Assembly: GCA_016214565.1 (NCBI GenBank) | Contig: JACROE010000002.1 | Span: forward strand, 212,584-276,583 | Length of the DNA stretch: 64,000 bases | Direction: 5' to 3' | From: Candidatus Kerfeldbacteria bacterium | GTDB taxonomy: Bacteria; Patescibacteriota; Patescibacteriia; UBA10025; JAHIVO01 | Part shown: positions 1-9,091 of the stretch, piece after piece | Layout: every line of letters begins with the position of its first letter | Position numbering within the stretch: the stretch's first letter is position 1 | The notes under the pieces: model-generated | Told to the model about the DNA's origin: nothing | Seen by the model: only the letters and a program-made list of their open reading frames with translations | The model's database searches: none | Program-made: the position numbers and the translations under genes

Positions 1-1171
1 CTGCATGCGTTGCTGATGCGAGCGCGCCCAGGGCTGCGCCGATCAGGATTCCTCGCCGGTGTTCATCAGTCTCGCGTCGAATCACTACTATGATGCGCCT
101 GCCTACTAATATGATAAAAGCAACGAGGGCCGCTCCTCCAAAAACGCCCAGCTCAGCAAATGCCTGCATATAATAATTGTGCGCATAACGCGGTTGCTCA
201 TTGACCGTCTCAGCATACCGAGCATACATATCTTGATATGTATTCAAACCGGTCCCAATAATAGGGTGGTCAATTGCCATGTGAATCGCGCTGACCAAAA
301 AATTCCAACGCTGGCTGAAACTTGATATGAAATCGGAATAGGAAATGGTCTCATAAATTTTAATCGCCCGCCCCAGGTCTTTATGCTGAGCATAGCGAAA
401 ACCAATTAGTCCTCCTACGCCAAGGATGGCACAGAGGAGCATGATCACTACCGTTGTACGACTAAATATTTGTCGATGAAAACGACGCAATAATATGTAG
501 AGTGGAATAATACTACTGACCCAGGCGGTGTATGAATATGTCAGAGCCAGCCCCACGATCATGGTTAGTGCAGATAATCCCCATATTGTTTTGTACAGTT
601 TCCGCTCCGCCTGAATCCACTGTATACACGCCAATGGTATGAGGAGAATGAACACGCCAGATATCGCATTTGCATTAAACAAAAAACCGCTCAAGCGAGG
701 GCTCGATTGATTGAGAAACATTACGAATCCAGCGAGTGCCCCAAGCACGCCAACCCCAATGACTCCCCAATTAAACAGTTCAATATGTCGCCAGGTACGA
801 AAAAAATGTATAGCGGAAAAATAAATAAGTATATAGGCAGCCAGCAAAAACCAGTAGCTCAAACTCCCATACCAATGTACGGAAAAAAATACCCCCGCCA
901 GCCCAATGACGAGCCAACCAATCATATATGTATGCGGATGGCTGACGACTGATCTCCAGCGAGTCGATGCGGTATTAAATCGATGACCTCGGAGAATTAA
1001 AAAGGCAAATAAAAAAGAAAAAATTAGAACAATTGCGTGCACCCATTTGCTCCATTCTGCAGAAAAAAATGAGGTCACCGTGAGCAGTGCCATGAACAAA
1101 ACCATAATGATTCGGTCACGCCCTGATACTGCCGGCATAATATGATTCATAACGGGAAAACGTTTCACCAT
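1..1171 (-). CDS. O-antigen ligase / Wzy_C-family membrane protein (possible protein O-oligosaccharyltransferase); 3' end runs off the window
   Basis: Not in the ORF track. Manual translation from ATG 1171 (or 1150) stays open to position 1, with many TM helices and the motifs RLSGFLFNANA, QRWNFLVSAIHMAIDHPIIGTGLNTY and YAHNYYMQAFAELGVFG. It abuts the TGA stop of the upstream GT2 gene. Confidence 0.85.
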   Translation of the reverse strand, partial: MVKRFPVMNHIMPAVSGRDRIIMVLFMALLTVTSFFSAEWSKWVHAIVLIFSFLFAFLILRGHRFNTASTRWRSVVSHPHTYMIGWLVIGLAGVFFSVHWYGSLSYWFLLAAYILIYFSAIHFFRTWRHIELFNWGVIGVGVLGALAGFVMFLNQSSPRLSGFLFNANAISGVFILLIPLACIQWIQAERKLYKTIWGLSALTMIVGLALTYSYTAWVSSIIPLYILLRRFHRQIFSRTTVVIMLLCAILGVGGLIGFRYAQHKDLGRAIKIYETISYSDFISSFSQRWNFLVSAIHMAIDHPIIGTGLNTYQDMYARYAETVNEQPRYAHNYYMQAFAELGVFGGAALVAFIILVGRRIIVVIRRETDEHRRGILIGAALGALASATHA

Positions 1172-2146
1172 TCAGATGCTAAACATACGCTGCCAATCCA
1201 GTATATCACGCTTTGTCAGTGTTCTTCGATGCCCAATCACCAAGCGCTGCCGGAATAAACGAGGCAAGGCAATCAGTGCCGCTACTCCAATCCGGATAAA
1301 TAGCCACGCCCGGACAAGTGTTCCACCGGTGCCGGCAGCCAGCGCCGCACGATCGCGTACCGCCGCCGGCCAAAGCGAGATGGGTAAATTTTTTATGGCA
1401 AAAAATATCCGGTTCCGACCAGAATGGAACAGTCGAAACGTTGAGGCGAGCGTATTCACGGTAGCCGACACCTTATGATAAACCACCGCTGACGGCGCAT
1501 ACACGATCTTCCACCCGCGCAAACGAGCGCGTACTGACAAATCGGTATCCTCGATATAGGCAAAAAAATGGCGATCAAAATAATCTCCATCCAGGCAAAT
1601 ATCCTCAAGCATTTCCCTTCGATACAGTGCGGCGCCGCCACGCGCAATGAAGCATTCGTTTTCCTCTGCATATTGACCCCTATCTTTCTCGCCTGCGCCA
1701 CGTGTAACTACCTTGAAGGCATGGGGCAATAAATAATCCCCCGCTGAATCAAAGACGTCTCGCTGAAAAAAATTCATCATCCGGCTGGCCACGGCTCCAA
1801 TACGAACATCGCGCTCAATAGCCGTGTGCAATGCCCTGAGCCACCCGGCATCAACTTCGGTATCATTATTCAGCACCGCGATAAAACGAATGGTAGAATC
1901 CTCCAGTACCGCGCGAATGCCAATGTTATTCCCCTCGGCAAACCCTACATTTTTTTTGTTAGCAACTATTGTTACTTCGGGAAATGAATTCCGCACATAC
2001 TCGACTGAACCATCACGTGAACCATTGTCGACAAGAAATATTTTCGCACGGACGGAGTCCTGCCGGCACACTGAAGCAAGACAGGTCTCAAGATGCTGGC
2101 GACCATTCCAATTCAATACGATGACTGCGGTATCAGCCTGCTGCAT
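1172..2146 (-). CDS. Glycosyltransferase family 2 (WbbL/rhamnosyltransferase-like)
   Basis: Motifs VIVLNWNG, VDNGSRDGS, NVGFAEGNNIGI, LNNDTEV, FFAYIEDTDLSVRA and YHKVSAT. Confidence 0.92.
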   Translation of the reverse strand: MQQADTAVIVLNWNGRQHLETCLASVCRQDSVRAKIFLVDNGSRDGSVEYVRNSFPEVTIVANKKNVGFAEGNNIGIRAVLEDSTIRFIAVLNNDTEVDAGWLRALHTAIERDVRIGAVASRMMNFFQRDVFDSAGDYLLPHAFKVVTRGAGEKDRGQYAEENECFIARGGAALYRREMLEDICLDGDYFDRHFFAYIEDTDLSVRARLRGWKIVYAPSAVVYHKVSATVNTLASTFRLFHSGRNRIFFAIKNLPISLWPAAVRDRAALAAGTGGTLVRAWLFIRIGVAALIALPRLFRQRLVIGHRRTLTKRDILDWQRMFSI

Positions 2147-2161
2147 ACAGACGAGAAAAAA

Positions 2162-3352
2162 TTATATGATCAATGTATCAATAAAACTATGCTGATACAA
2201 GAGCGGCCAAAGTCGAGGCAGCAGTGCCAAATACCAGCCGAGGCTCAGAACAACAAATAGCCCCACGCTCAGCTTCCCCGTCATCCCATGCTCCGACCAC
2301 AGGTGCCAGCACCAGTAGGCAAGGGCAAGGGCAATTAGTGGCACTAGGGGCAAAAAAACATTCCACGTGCCAGGGATAATAATCCATGGCACTGCCACAA
2401 CAAACAGGCTGCTAACTATAAACACCAGCCCGGCCTCCCGCTTCCGTATCAAACGCACAGCAGAAGCTATCAAAACGCCCAGGCCTGCCCACAAGATAAT
2501 AATATTGCCCGAGTACACTACCTGATATACTCTCTGCCAGGTCACGGGATTATCATAGGCAGCGCCACTCTGGATGGGGAATGATTGAAACCATTGAATA
2601 ATCCCCCCATTAAACCAATCCGCACCGGACCGAAATGCACTATGAAATTCAGCCATGTCACGATGCAGTGTCAATAAATTTGGCAAACCAGGAATAAGCA
2701 GATACAGCGGCATGAAGAGTAGGCAATAGCAGGCAACCGCCACCACCGTCGAGAAACCCATCATTCGTACCCAATGATTCCGTTTGATGAGAGCTGCTCC
2801 CCAGAGCAGCACCAGCAAACCTCCACCAGTCCACTTAATAGCTGCCGTGCAACCAATCATAGCGGCTGCGCCAACTGCCCAGGCAGCCCGCCCCGCCTCA
2901 ATATACCGCCAGATGCAATACAGACTCACCAATATAGCCGTAGCTAAAAAAGTATCAAGCATCGCCAGCCGACCGCTGGCAAACCAATATGTTTCTAATG
3001 AGAGAAAAGTTGCAGCAAGTACCGGCACGATGTACCCGCCAAACATGCGCTTGGCTAAGAGATACACAAAAATAACACCTGTGACACCAGCCACAACAGA
3101 AAAGATTCTCCAGCCGTCAGGATTATCGCCAAATAGTCGTATGCCCAGAGCGATAATATATTTACCAACCGGCGGGTGTTCACTATTAATCAGTACCCCA
3201 TCAAAAAACCCACGTGCTGCAGATACATAGGCGACCTCATCATAGCGAAACCAGTGGTATCTTCCGAGATGTATCGAATACATGACATAATTAAAAATAC
3301 TTATTCCGCCGAGAAAAAAATAATCCCGAATTTGTAGCTGCCGATTAATCAT
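2162..3352 (-). CDS. Lipid-carrier-dependent glycosyltransferase, PMT/GT39 (protein O-mannosyltransferase-like)
   Basis: Polytopic membrane protein with YDEVAYV (DE motif), EHPPVGKYIIALG, GWRIFS, RLAMLD and KWTG. Confidence 0.85.
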   Translation of the reverse strand: MINRQLQIRDYFFLGGISIFNYVMYSIHLGRYHWFRYDEVAYVSAARGFFDGVLINSEHPPVGKYIIALGIRLFGDNPDGWRIFSVVAGVTGVIFVYLLAKRMFGGYIVPVLAATFLSLETYWFASGRLAMLDTFLATAILVSLYCIWRYIEAGRAAWAVGAAAMIGCTAAIKWTGGGLLVLLWGAALIKRNHWVRMMGFSTVVAVACYCLLFMPLYLLIPGLPNLLTLHRDMAEFHSAFRSGADWFNGGIIQWFQSFPIQSGAAYDNPVTWQRVYQVVYSGNIIILWAGLGVLIASAVRLIRKREAGLVFIVSSLFVVAVPWIIIPGTWNVFLPLVPLIALALAYWCWHLWSEHGMTGKLSVGLFVVLSLGWYLALLPRLWPLLYQHSFIDTLII

Positions 3353-3391
3353 ACTATGAACCTACCACCTTCTCACTTCCGCAGCAATGGT

Positions 3392-3435
3392 AAAACAAAA
3401 AGCGCTCTGGAATATCCAGAACGCTTCTTGTTTTT
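3392..3435 (-). terminator. Rho-independent terminator after the pilin gene
   Basis: Minus strand AAGCGTTCTGGA-TAT-TCCAGAGCGCTT followed by TTTGTTTT; A/T runs on both sides suggest it may be bidirectional. Confidence 0.8.
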
Positions 3436-3449
3436 AATATCCGAAGATA

Positions 3450-3902
3450 CTAGTCAGCAGTGATACCACAGCCAATAGCACCAGTCGTGTAATCATCATC
3501 ATTCGTACCATCACCTTTCAACCAGTAATAATGTCCTGTGGCAGCTGGAGACTCCAACTGTGCATACAGGATATAGAACGGCGCGGTGAGACCACCGTTA
3601 CATGCTTGGTAGCGGTAGTGCCGAGTCGTATCCTGAGGATCATCCGGAACTCGAGTAATGTAGGTCGGCGCTAATGCGCTCAAAGCTACGTTAGCAATAC
3701 CACTCGTTGCCGGGTAGGTGCTGCCGTAATCGTCTGAGTACAGTACTAAACCAGTACGAATCTGACCAAGGTCAGATTTACGTGTGGCGTCACGGGCTTT
3801 TTCCCGGGCGCCATTTAAGGCTACCAAACCGATCGTTGCCAAAATACCGATGATGGCAATAACGACCAATAACTCAATAAGGGTAAAACCTTTTCGTTTC
3901 AT
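3450..3902 (-). CDS. pilA: Type IV pilin / GspG-like major pilin
   Basis: Class III signal MKRKG|FTLIELLVVIAIIGIL, ARDATRKSDL, C-terminal Cys pair; strong SD (GGGGGTGA), own promoter and terminator. Confidence 0.9.
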   Translation of the reverse strand: MKRKGFTLIELLVVIAIIGILATIGLVALNGAREKARDATRKSDLGQIRTGLVLYSDDYGSTYPATSGIANVALSALAPTYITRVPDDPQDTTRHYRYQACNGGLTAPFYILYAQLESPAATGHYYWLKGDGTNDDDYTTGAIGCGITAD

Positions 3903-4124
3903 GTCTTCACCCCCTTTCTATATAGTGGCAAAGACATGCAATATGCTTCCGCGTTCTGCGAAATATCACAGATCACGGATCCGCCTGACCCGTGCTCTTC
4001 ACAGAGCAACGAAAGCGGATACCACATGTCTAGGAAACCACTTGGGATACTATTAGTTTCTTAGATTGAAACTGATAATTGAATGTGCCGTACGACAAGC
4101 TGATGCAAATCCTGTGTATAGAAT
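3900..4124 (-). ncRNA. Candidate structured cis-regulatory 5' leader of the pilin mRNA
   Basis: About 220 nt between the promoter and the AUG. Several hairpins form a three-way junction, and an alternative helix would sequester the SD and AUG (see findings). Confidence 0.45.
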
Positions 4125-4130
4125 AAATCA

Positions 4131-4159
4131 ATAATATCACATTTCGTACGTATTGTCAA
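4131..4159 (-). promoter_or_regulatory. Sigma70 promoter for pilin
   Basis: TTGACA-17 bp-TATTAT with extended -10 TG. Confidence 0.8.
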
Positions 4160-4192
4160 CTAAAACTACGTAAAAAGCCAGCGTCTATTAGC

Positions 4193-5398
4193 TTAAATAG
4201 TACTGGACAGGTTATACAGTGGCAGAATAATGGCAGAAACCAAGAAACCGACGGCCACACCGATAGCAATCATAATAATTGGCTCGATTGCCGTTGTTAA
4301 ATTCCCCAGAGAATTCTCCAATTCCCGCTGATAAAAGTCAGCGATTTTCTCCAAAATTTTATCCAATTGACCCGACTGCTCACCCACGCTCATCATTTGC
4401 GACAACATCAACGGCACGTCCTTATTCTGGACAAAAACGGTCGTGATTGAAGCGCCGCCTTCAACCTTTTTAATGGTTTCCCGAGTTAAATCATGATACA
4501 GGGTATTCCCCACTACATCAGCTACGATATCCAAAGATTTGGTTAAGGGTACGCCTGAGGTCAGCAGCGTCGACAATGACCGAGCAAATCGCGTCAAATA
4601 CAATCGGCTAAACAGCGCCCCAACCAAAGGTAGCCGAATTTTTACTTTATCAATTACCCGTTTGCCTGCTGGAGTTTTATTATACCAACGGAATAAAATG
4701 ACTGCGCCGATCGCCAATAAAATAATAAGCCACCAAAATCCACGCAAAAAATCACTGATACCAATGAAGATGATAGTGGTCAGCGGCAAATCAACATCCG
4801 CTCCTTCAAAAATTGAAGTGATCTGCGGCAGCACAAAAATCATCATCATCGCTCCGACTAAAATAAGAGCGCTCACAATAAACGAAGGGTAAATCAATGC
4901 GCCGCGCGTTTTTGCTTTCAGGTCATAATCTTTTTCTTGTTGATCGGCCAAATAAACAAGAATTTCATCCAGTCGCCCAGTCGTTTCCGCTGAACGCACC
5001 ATCTGAATAAAGAAGTTTGAAAACACGCGAGGATATTTCCCCAGGGCCTGAGATAATTTAGCGCCACCATCAACTTCGTCAGCGACATCAGACAGCACTG
5101 ATTTTAGCTTGACGCTGTTTGTTTGTGCCACCATAACTTTCAGCGCGCGCACAATTGGCACGTTTGATGAAATCATCACCGACAACTGCCGAGCAAAAAC
5201 TACGATGTCCTTCGAACTGACCCCCGATCCAAATGACAGTCCTGAAAATAATTGCCGGGATTTCCGCTCCTTCAGCGATACGATAAATAAGCGCTTATCG
5301 CGTAACATGCCATACGCAATATTTTCCGACGGCGCCACTACGACGCCATCTACTGTTTGCCCTTCGATTGTACGCGCTTTATACGCAAATTCCGACAT
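4193..5398 (-). CDS. pilC: Type IV pilus platform protein PilC (T2SSF family)
   Basis: FARQLSVMISSNVPI, AETTGRLDEIL, GALIYP, RFARSLSTLLTSGVPL, GEQSGQLD, IEPIIM. Confidence 0.95.
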   Translation of the reverse strand: MSEFAYKARTIEGQTVDGVVVAPSENIAYGMLRDKRLFIVSLKERKSRQLFSGLSFGSGVSSKDIVVFARQLSVMISSNVPIVRALKVMVAQTNSVKLKSVLSDVADEVDGGAKLSQALGKYPRVFSNFFIQMVRSAETTGRLDEILVYLADQQEKDYDLKAKTRGALIYPSFIVSALILVGAMMMIFVLPQITSIFEGADVDLPLTTIIFIGISDFLRGFWWLIILLAIGAVILFRWYNKTPAGKRVIDKVKIRLPLVGALFSRLYLTRFARSLSTLLTSGVPLTKSLDIVADVVGNTLYHDLTRETIKKVEGGASITTVFVQNKDVPLMLSQMMSVGEQSGQLDKILEKIADFYQRELENSLGNLTTAIEPIIMIAIGVAVGFLVSAIILPLYNLSSTI

Positions 5399-5407
5399 GG
5401 GTAAAAA

Positions 5408-5797
5408 TTATTTTTTCGTTTTGCTAATAATTGATTTCACTTTTTCCACCACTTCCGCTGGCATAAAATGCGCTTTGATCAAATAATCCACCGCACCAAT
5501 TGCCAGGCCTTTCTGCACATCCTCTTGCTGTCCGAGATTGGTCAGCATCAAAACCGGAATATTCTTTGTTTTTGGGTCGCTTTTGAGATTTTTTAGCACG
5601 TCAAACCCGCTCATTTTCGGCAAAATGACATCGAGCAAAATAATGTCCGGCTTGATTGATTGCGCTTGTTCAAGTCCCGCCTCCCCGTCACCTGCCAAAA
5701 CCACTTCAAAATCTTCAAGGTTCATCTTGGTAACGTACATGCCGGCTAAAAATGCATCATCCTCAACCAGTAATATTTTTGTTTTGGAGTTGGCCAT
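5408..5797 (-). CDS. Single-domain response regulator (receiver only)
   Basis: ILLVEDD, PDIILLDVILPKMSG, IPVLMLTN, GAVDYLIK; no output domain. Confidence 0.92.
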   Translation of the reverse strand: MANSKTKILLVEDDAFLAGMYVTKMNLEDFEVVLAGDGEAGLEQAQSIKPDIILLDVILPKMSGFDVLKNLKSDPKTKNIPVLMLTNLGQQEDVQKGLAIGAVDYLIKAHFMPAEVVEKVKSIISKTKK

Positions 5798-5801
5798 ATG
5801 A

Positions 5802-7571
5802 CTATTTTTTAGTTGCGCTTAATACTTCACTAAATGACGTTTTGCGTTCCAGAGCCTTCATAATGCCGTCCTGTGCCATCACGACCATATTTTGGCGGAG
5901 AGCGGTCTCGCGGATAGCGTCAATCGTAGGATTACTCACAATAATATTCTTCATCTCATCATTGACCTCAATAATTTCATTAATCAAAATACGTCCTTTG
6001 TAGCCAGTGTTTTCGCAGCGGACGCAGCCCTTGCCTTCATAAAATTTGAATTCCGGCTTCTCCACGCCGAGATGGCGTTTATAGGCTTCTGGCGGGATGC
6101 CCATCATTTGCTTCTCTACCTCTTTCATTAATTCAGCGGGAAGCGCCACTTCTTCTTGGCAGTACTGACATAACCGACGCACCAAGCGCTGAGCCACCAC
6201 TGTTGAAAGTGAAGCCGTGATCAAGAATGGTTCAATTTTCATATCAATCATGCGGGGAATCGCGCCAAATGAATCATTGGTGTGTAGTGTGGATAAAACT
6301 AAATGTCCCGTCAGCGAAGCGTGCACGGCTAATTCAGCAGTTTCACTATCACGAATTTCACCGACCATGATCACATCCGGATCTTGGCGCAAAATAGAGC
6401 GCAATCCAGCGGCAAAGGTCAGTCCAACATCAGGGTTGATTTGCGACTGATTCACCCCTTCGATGTAATACTCAACCGGATCCTCTAGGGTCACGATATT
6501 AATTGCCTCGTCATTCAATATAGTTAACAACGCTGACAAAGTGGTGGATTTACCCGAACCAGTCGGCCCGGTGAGTAAAATCATACCCACGCTTTTTTCT
6601 GTAGCGCGTTTCATCAAGTCTAATGATCGTCCCTCAAACCCCAATTTTTCTAAATCAAGCACCACCGCCGCACGATCCAAAATACGCATCACGACTTTTT
6701 CATTGGCAAAGAGTGGCAGCGTCGAAACGCGATAATCAATAATACGCCCACCCCACTCCGTACGGAACCGGCCGTCCTGTGGCACCCGCGTTTCATCCAG
6801 CTTCAAATTGCACATAACTTTAATCCGAGCCACGATAGAATTATGAACATACCGCGGTAATACCAACGATGTGTGCAGCACGCCATCAACTCGATACCGC
6901 ACGCGCGTCTCATTTTCCACCGGCTCGATGTGAATATCAGATGCATTGCCTTCGACCGCGTGCTTCAAAATAACATTCACCATCTTAGACACAGGCGCGC
7001 TCTTGACCACCTCCTCCATTCCCTTTTCCTTCGTTAGCGCCTGCTCCAACATATCCTCGTCGCCATCCTTCTGCTCGGTACTTGCGAGCGCCTCTTCGAC
7101 TTCAGCGCCGAGCGTTGCATATTGTTTAAACGCTTGGCGGAAACCTGCATCAGAAATCAAAAAATAATTTAATTTGTACCCATTTTCTCGTGCAATAAAT
7201 TCTATGGCTTCAATCGCCTTGAAGTCTCCCGGATTAACCATGGCGACCGAAACCGTGTTCCCCTCTTTTGCGAAGGCAACCACGTGATAATTCTCGGATA
7301 ATTCGCGAGGGATCAAATTCAAAACTGATTGGGAAATTGTTTTCCCAAATAAATCAATATAGGTAACCCCTAATAATTGCGATCGACCACGCGCCACATC
7401 CTCCTCAGAAACAAATCCGCGCTGGAGCAATTCAGCGATAATCGACTCGTCATCCGTGGCGTGCTCGCGGACACTGGCTAATTTGTCAGCAGGTAACTGT
7501 ACTTGCTGAGTGACAACATCAACAATTGATTGAGCTGGGGATTGAAAATTTTGATTCAATTGATCATCCAT
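5802..7571 (-). CDS. pilB: Type IV pilus assembly ATPase PilB (GspE family)
   Basis: ASDIHIEP, PQDGRF, Walker A GPTGSGKSTTL, LRQDPDVIMVGEIRD, STLHTND, Zn-binding CQYC...CVRC. Confidence 0.96.
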   Translation of the reverse strand: MDDQLNQNFQSPAQSIVDVVTQQVQLPADKLASVREHATDDESIIAELLQRGFVSEEDVARGRSQLLGVTYIDLFGKTISQSVLNLIPRELSENYHVVAFAKEGNTVSVAMVNPGDFKAIEAIEFIARENGYKLNYFLISDAGFRQAFKQYATLGAEVEEALASTEQKDGDEDMLEQALTKEKGMEEVVKSAPVSKMVNVILKHAVEGNASDIHIEPVENETRVRYRVDGVLHTSLVLPRYVHNSIVARIKVMCNLKLDETRVPQDGRFRTEWGGRIIDYRVSTLPLFANEKVVMRILDRAAVVLDLEKLGFEGRSLDLMKRATEKSVGMILLTGPTGSGKSTTLSALLTILNDEAINIVTLEDPVEYYIEGVNQSQINPDVGLTFAAGLRSILRQDPDVIMVGEIRDSETAELAVHASLTGHLVLSTLHTNDSFGAIPRMIDMKIEPFLITASLSTVVAQRLVRRLCQYCQEEVALPAELMKEVEKQMMGIPPEAYKRHLGVEKPEFKFYEGKGCVRCENTGYKGRILINEIIEVNDEMKNIIVSNPTIDAIRETALRQNMVVMAQDGIMKALERKTSFSEVLSATKK

Positions 7572-7585
7572 ATTCAGCGGCTCGC

Positions 7586-8503
7586 TTAGAAATTGATTGG
7601 CTCAAAAGGATTAGCGTGATACGGCACGCTCACGAGTTCGCGTGTCGATTCATTTCCCTCAGCATCGACTGCAGTAACCGTGTAATAATACGGCGTATTC
7701 GGCTGGATTGACGTATCGCTAAATGAATATTTGTCGCTATCGGCTCCGCTGCCCCCCTGAGGAGCACCCTCCACTAGTACACTGCCGAGCTGACCGCTTA
7801 TTGCAGAACGATAAATTCGCACTAAGGCAACGTCACTTGGATCTAATAATTGCCAGGTGATGGTCAATGAATCGTCGTTTGAGGTTACCGCCACATTGGT
7901 GGGACTCGCGGGTGGAACTTCATCAGTCGCGATAGCTGCTATATTAGACGAGTACGGTGATGTATCACCTTCAGCATTTGCCATGCGCACTACGTAATAA
8001 TATCGAACAAAATTTTCCACCGTTGTATCTCGGTAATTAAGTTCCGCGGATGCATCGGATGTTTCCAGTGTAGCGATTAATTCTCCCCTATCAGACGTAT
8101 TTTGCGATCGATAAATCTGCGCTGACGTAAAATTAACAAACGCCGGATTTTTCCATGAGATAATAAGCGTATTACCAACGCCGGGATTTTCTATGTGCAC
8201 ATTGGTGGGGGGCAAGGGTACACTCAAATCAAGAGCGACACCGCTGTATTGATCGGCATATCCCTCGTGCGGTTTGCGTGATAAGCCATTTAACTGGGAA
8301 TCAGAAAAAATATCCTCCTCAAACTTCGGCACGCTTACCTGAGGCATGGTACTGACCACTCCCGTCGGTGATACCTGCTGCTGGCTGGGCGCCGCTGCGT
8401 AAAATTGGCTGTAGACGAAATATCCACCACCCAGCACAATCACGAGTAGCGCGATAATGAGATTGACAGTTCGTTTATTGAGGCTGTGTTTCTGAATCAA
8501 CAT
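7586..8503 (-). CDS. Membrane-anchored tandem fibronectin type III protein in the PilP position of the pil operon
   Basis: N-terminal TM helix; two FN3 repeats (PPTNV...ISW...IYRS...YYYVVR and PASPTNV...ITW...IYRS...YYYTVTAVD..GNES). Confidence 0.75.
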   Translation of the reverse strand: MLIQKHSLNKRTVNLIIALLVIVLGGGYFVYSQFYAAAPSQQQVSPTGVVSTMPQVSVPKFEEDIFSDSQLNGLSRKPHEGYADQYSGVALDLSVPLPPTNVHIENPGVGNTLIISWKNPAFVNFTSAQIYRSQNTSDRGELIATLETSDASAELNYRDTTVENFVRYYYVVRMANAEGDTSPYSSNIAAIATDEVPPASPTNVAVTSNDDSLTITWQLLDPSDVALVRIYRSAISGQLGSVLVEGAPQGGSGADSDKYSFSDTSIQPNTPYYYTVTAVDAEGNESTRELVSVPYHANPFEPINF

Positions 8504-8509
8504 ATAATA

Positions 8510-9091
8510 TTATTGATAGTACAGCGTAAGGTTGAGCGTATAGTTTGTCTGATCTGGATCGTATGCCAATGAGGTTAATTCAAGCAGCGGCAATTGCGTG
8601 CTCACCGCATCCAAAAAACTTTTCATTTTTGAGTAGCTGGTAACATTTTGCACTCCCAGAGATATGTTAAGTGTCTTAATTGCTGCCTTGGCCGCTTTTT
8701 TGGAGCCGTCCGGTATGCTTAATGGGCCGCTATCAATACTAACTAATGATAATTCATTATCTGCGACGAAATCCTTCAGTTCAATCATAATTTGCGGGAT
8801 TTCTGACTCATGGGGTAGGACTGACTGCAGCTGAGCAATCTGTGCGTGAGTGACCGCCCGATAGCGAGTTTCGAGATCCTCGAGCCGCTCAAGGGTAATC
8901 CGGCGCTGATTAAGCGCTTCGAGCTGTGTATTCAAATCAACCACGCCCGCTTCCTGAATATCGGTCACAATACGCTGGACAAAAAAGAGATAACCCAATC
9001 CCAATATCAGCACCACGCAGCCGATGACGACAAAAATAAAGTACCTGCTAAAAATATAAGCTATTCGACGTTTGAGTAATTTCGATTTCAT
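8510..9091 (-). CDS. pilO: PilO-like protein
   Basis: TM helix, coiled coil, LQSVLP..EIPQ and SYSKMKSFLDAV, matching the PilO pattern; lies after pilM and pilN. Confidence 0.7.
   Translation of the reverse strand: MKSKLLKRRIAYIFSRYFIFVVIGCVVLILGLGYLFFVQRIVTDIQEAGVVDLNTQLEALNQRRITLERLEDLETRYRAVTHAQIAQLQSVLPHESEIPQIMIELKDFVADNELSLVSIDSGPLSIPDGSKKAAKAAIKTLNISLGVQNVTSYSKMKSFLDAVSTQLPLLELTSLAYDPDQTNYTLNLTLYYQ

Noticed and set aside
707-952. 81-aa plus-strand ORF and the many other short ORFs antisense to or nested in long genes
   Set aside because: They are shadows of well-supported genes, with no recognisable motifs.
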